Positions 63,929-64,000 of a DNA stretch of 64,000 nt are shown one piece after another. This DNA comes from Gammaproteobacteria bacterium (GTDB lineage: Bacteria > Pseudomonadota > Gammaproteobacteria > Steroidobacterales > Steroidobacteraceae). The first letter of the stretch is position 1, and each line of letters starts with the position of its first letter. Below the pieces are notes generated by a model, which worked only from the letters and a program-made list of their open reading frames with translations, was not told the origin of the DNA and searched no databases. Position numbers and translations under genes: made by a program. The DNA is taken from positions 13,170-77,169 of the forward strand of contig JBJTUA010000022.1 in assembly GCA_046080445.1 (NCBI GenBank), in the 5' to 3' direction.

Positions 63929-64000
63929 TCAGGCGCCCGGCACCTGAAGTTTTTTGAGCTCGTTCAGCACGAGTTGCGAGTGCCCTTTGGGATCGACTTT
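63929..64000 (-). CDS. 3' end of an unidentified gene running off the window
   Basis: Manual translation gives ...KVDPKGHSQLVLNELKKLQVPGA* with TGA at 63931-63929. Too short to assign. Confidence 0.35.
   Translation of the reverse strand, partial: KVDPKGHSQLVLNELKKLQVPGA

Overview
GC-rich gammaproteobacterial core-chromosome segment, almost entirely coding and dominated by housekeeping operons.

Gene content, left to right:
- a class-III aminotransferase coupled to an FmdB zinc-ribbon gene
- clpB, a ZIP metal transporter, pgeF and rluD, divergent from bamD
- nadE-sucDC
- pilD-coaE-zapD and a GST
- a divergent pair of S9 proline-specific peptidases
- beta-carbonic anhydrase
- secA-mutT followed by an aldehyde dehydrogenase and a 129-aa unknown
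- an M23 peptidase and a DUF721 (DciA-type) gene
- the complete dcw cluster on the minus strand (lpxC, ftsZAQ, ddl, murBCG, ftsW, murD, mraY, murFE, ftsI, ftsL, rsmH, mraZ), with a readable Pmra promoter and three MraZ-type direct repeats
- RNase P RNA (rnpB)
- rsmI divergent from lpoA-yraN
- sspB-petCBA
- a DegS/AlgW-type protease
- murA-ibaG divergent from kdsD-lptCAB-rpoN-hpf-rapZ-mgtE
- pirin and a Tat-signal DUF1838-like protein

I found no rRNA, tRNA, CRISPR, transposase, integrase, phage or defence-type genes and no compositionally distinct island. I therefore do not think this window hides a novel multi-gene system, and I make no such claim.

Worth a second look:
1. nadE looks frameshifted at its 3' end. 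The conserved C-terminal tail is encoded out of frame in the apparent intergenic gap.
2. The window is collinear with the conserved secA-to-rpoN segment of Pseudomonas and E. coli but repeatedly condensed. pilB/pilC, diaA-dolP, sspA, mlaFEDCB, kdsC, ptsN and npr are missing at otherwise conserved junctions, leaving very short or overlapping junctions.
3. Several regulatory sites are readable: a Zur-box-like palindrome before the ZIP gene, a sigma32-type clpB promoter, Pmra with its MraZ boxes, the rnpB promoter, and -10 boxes placed so close to ATGs that they suggest leaderless transcripts.
4. A few small unknowns or variants: the ALDH plus 129-aa pair, an LptC with a lipobox, in-frame tandem repeats in lpoA and the FmdB tail, and DUF1838.

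All homology statements come from motif recognition by eye. No searches were run.
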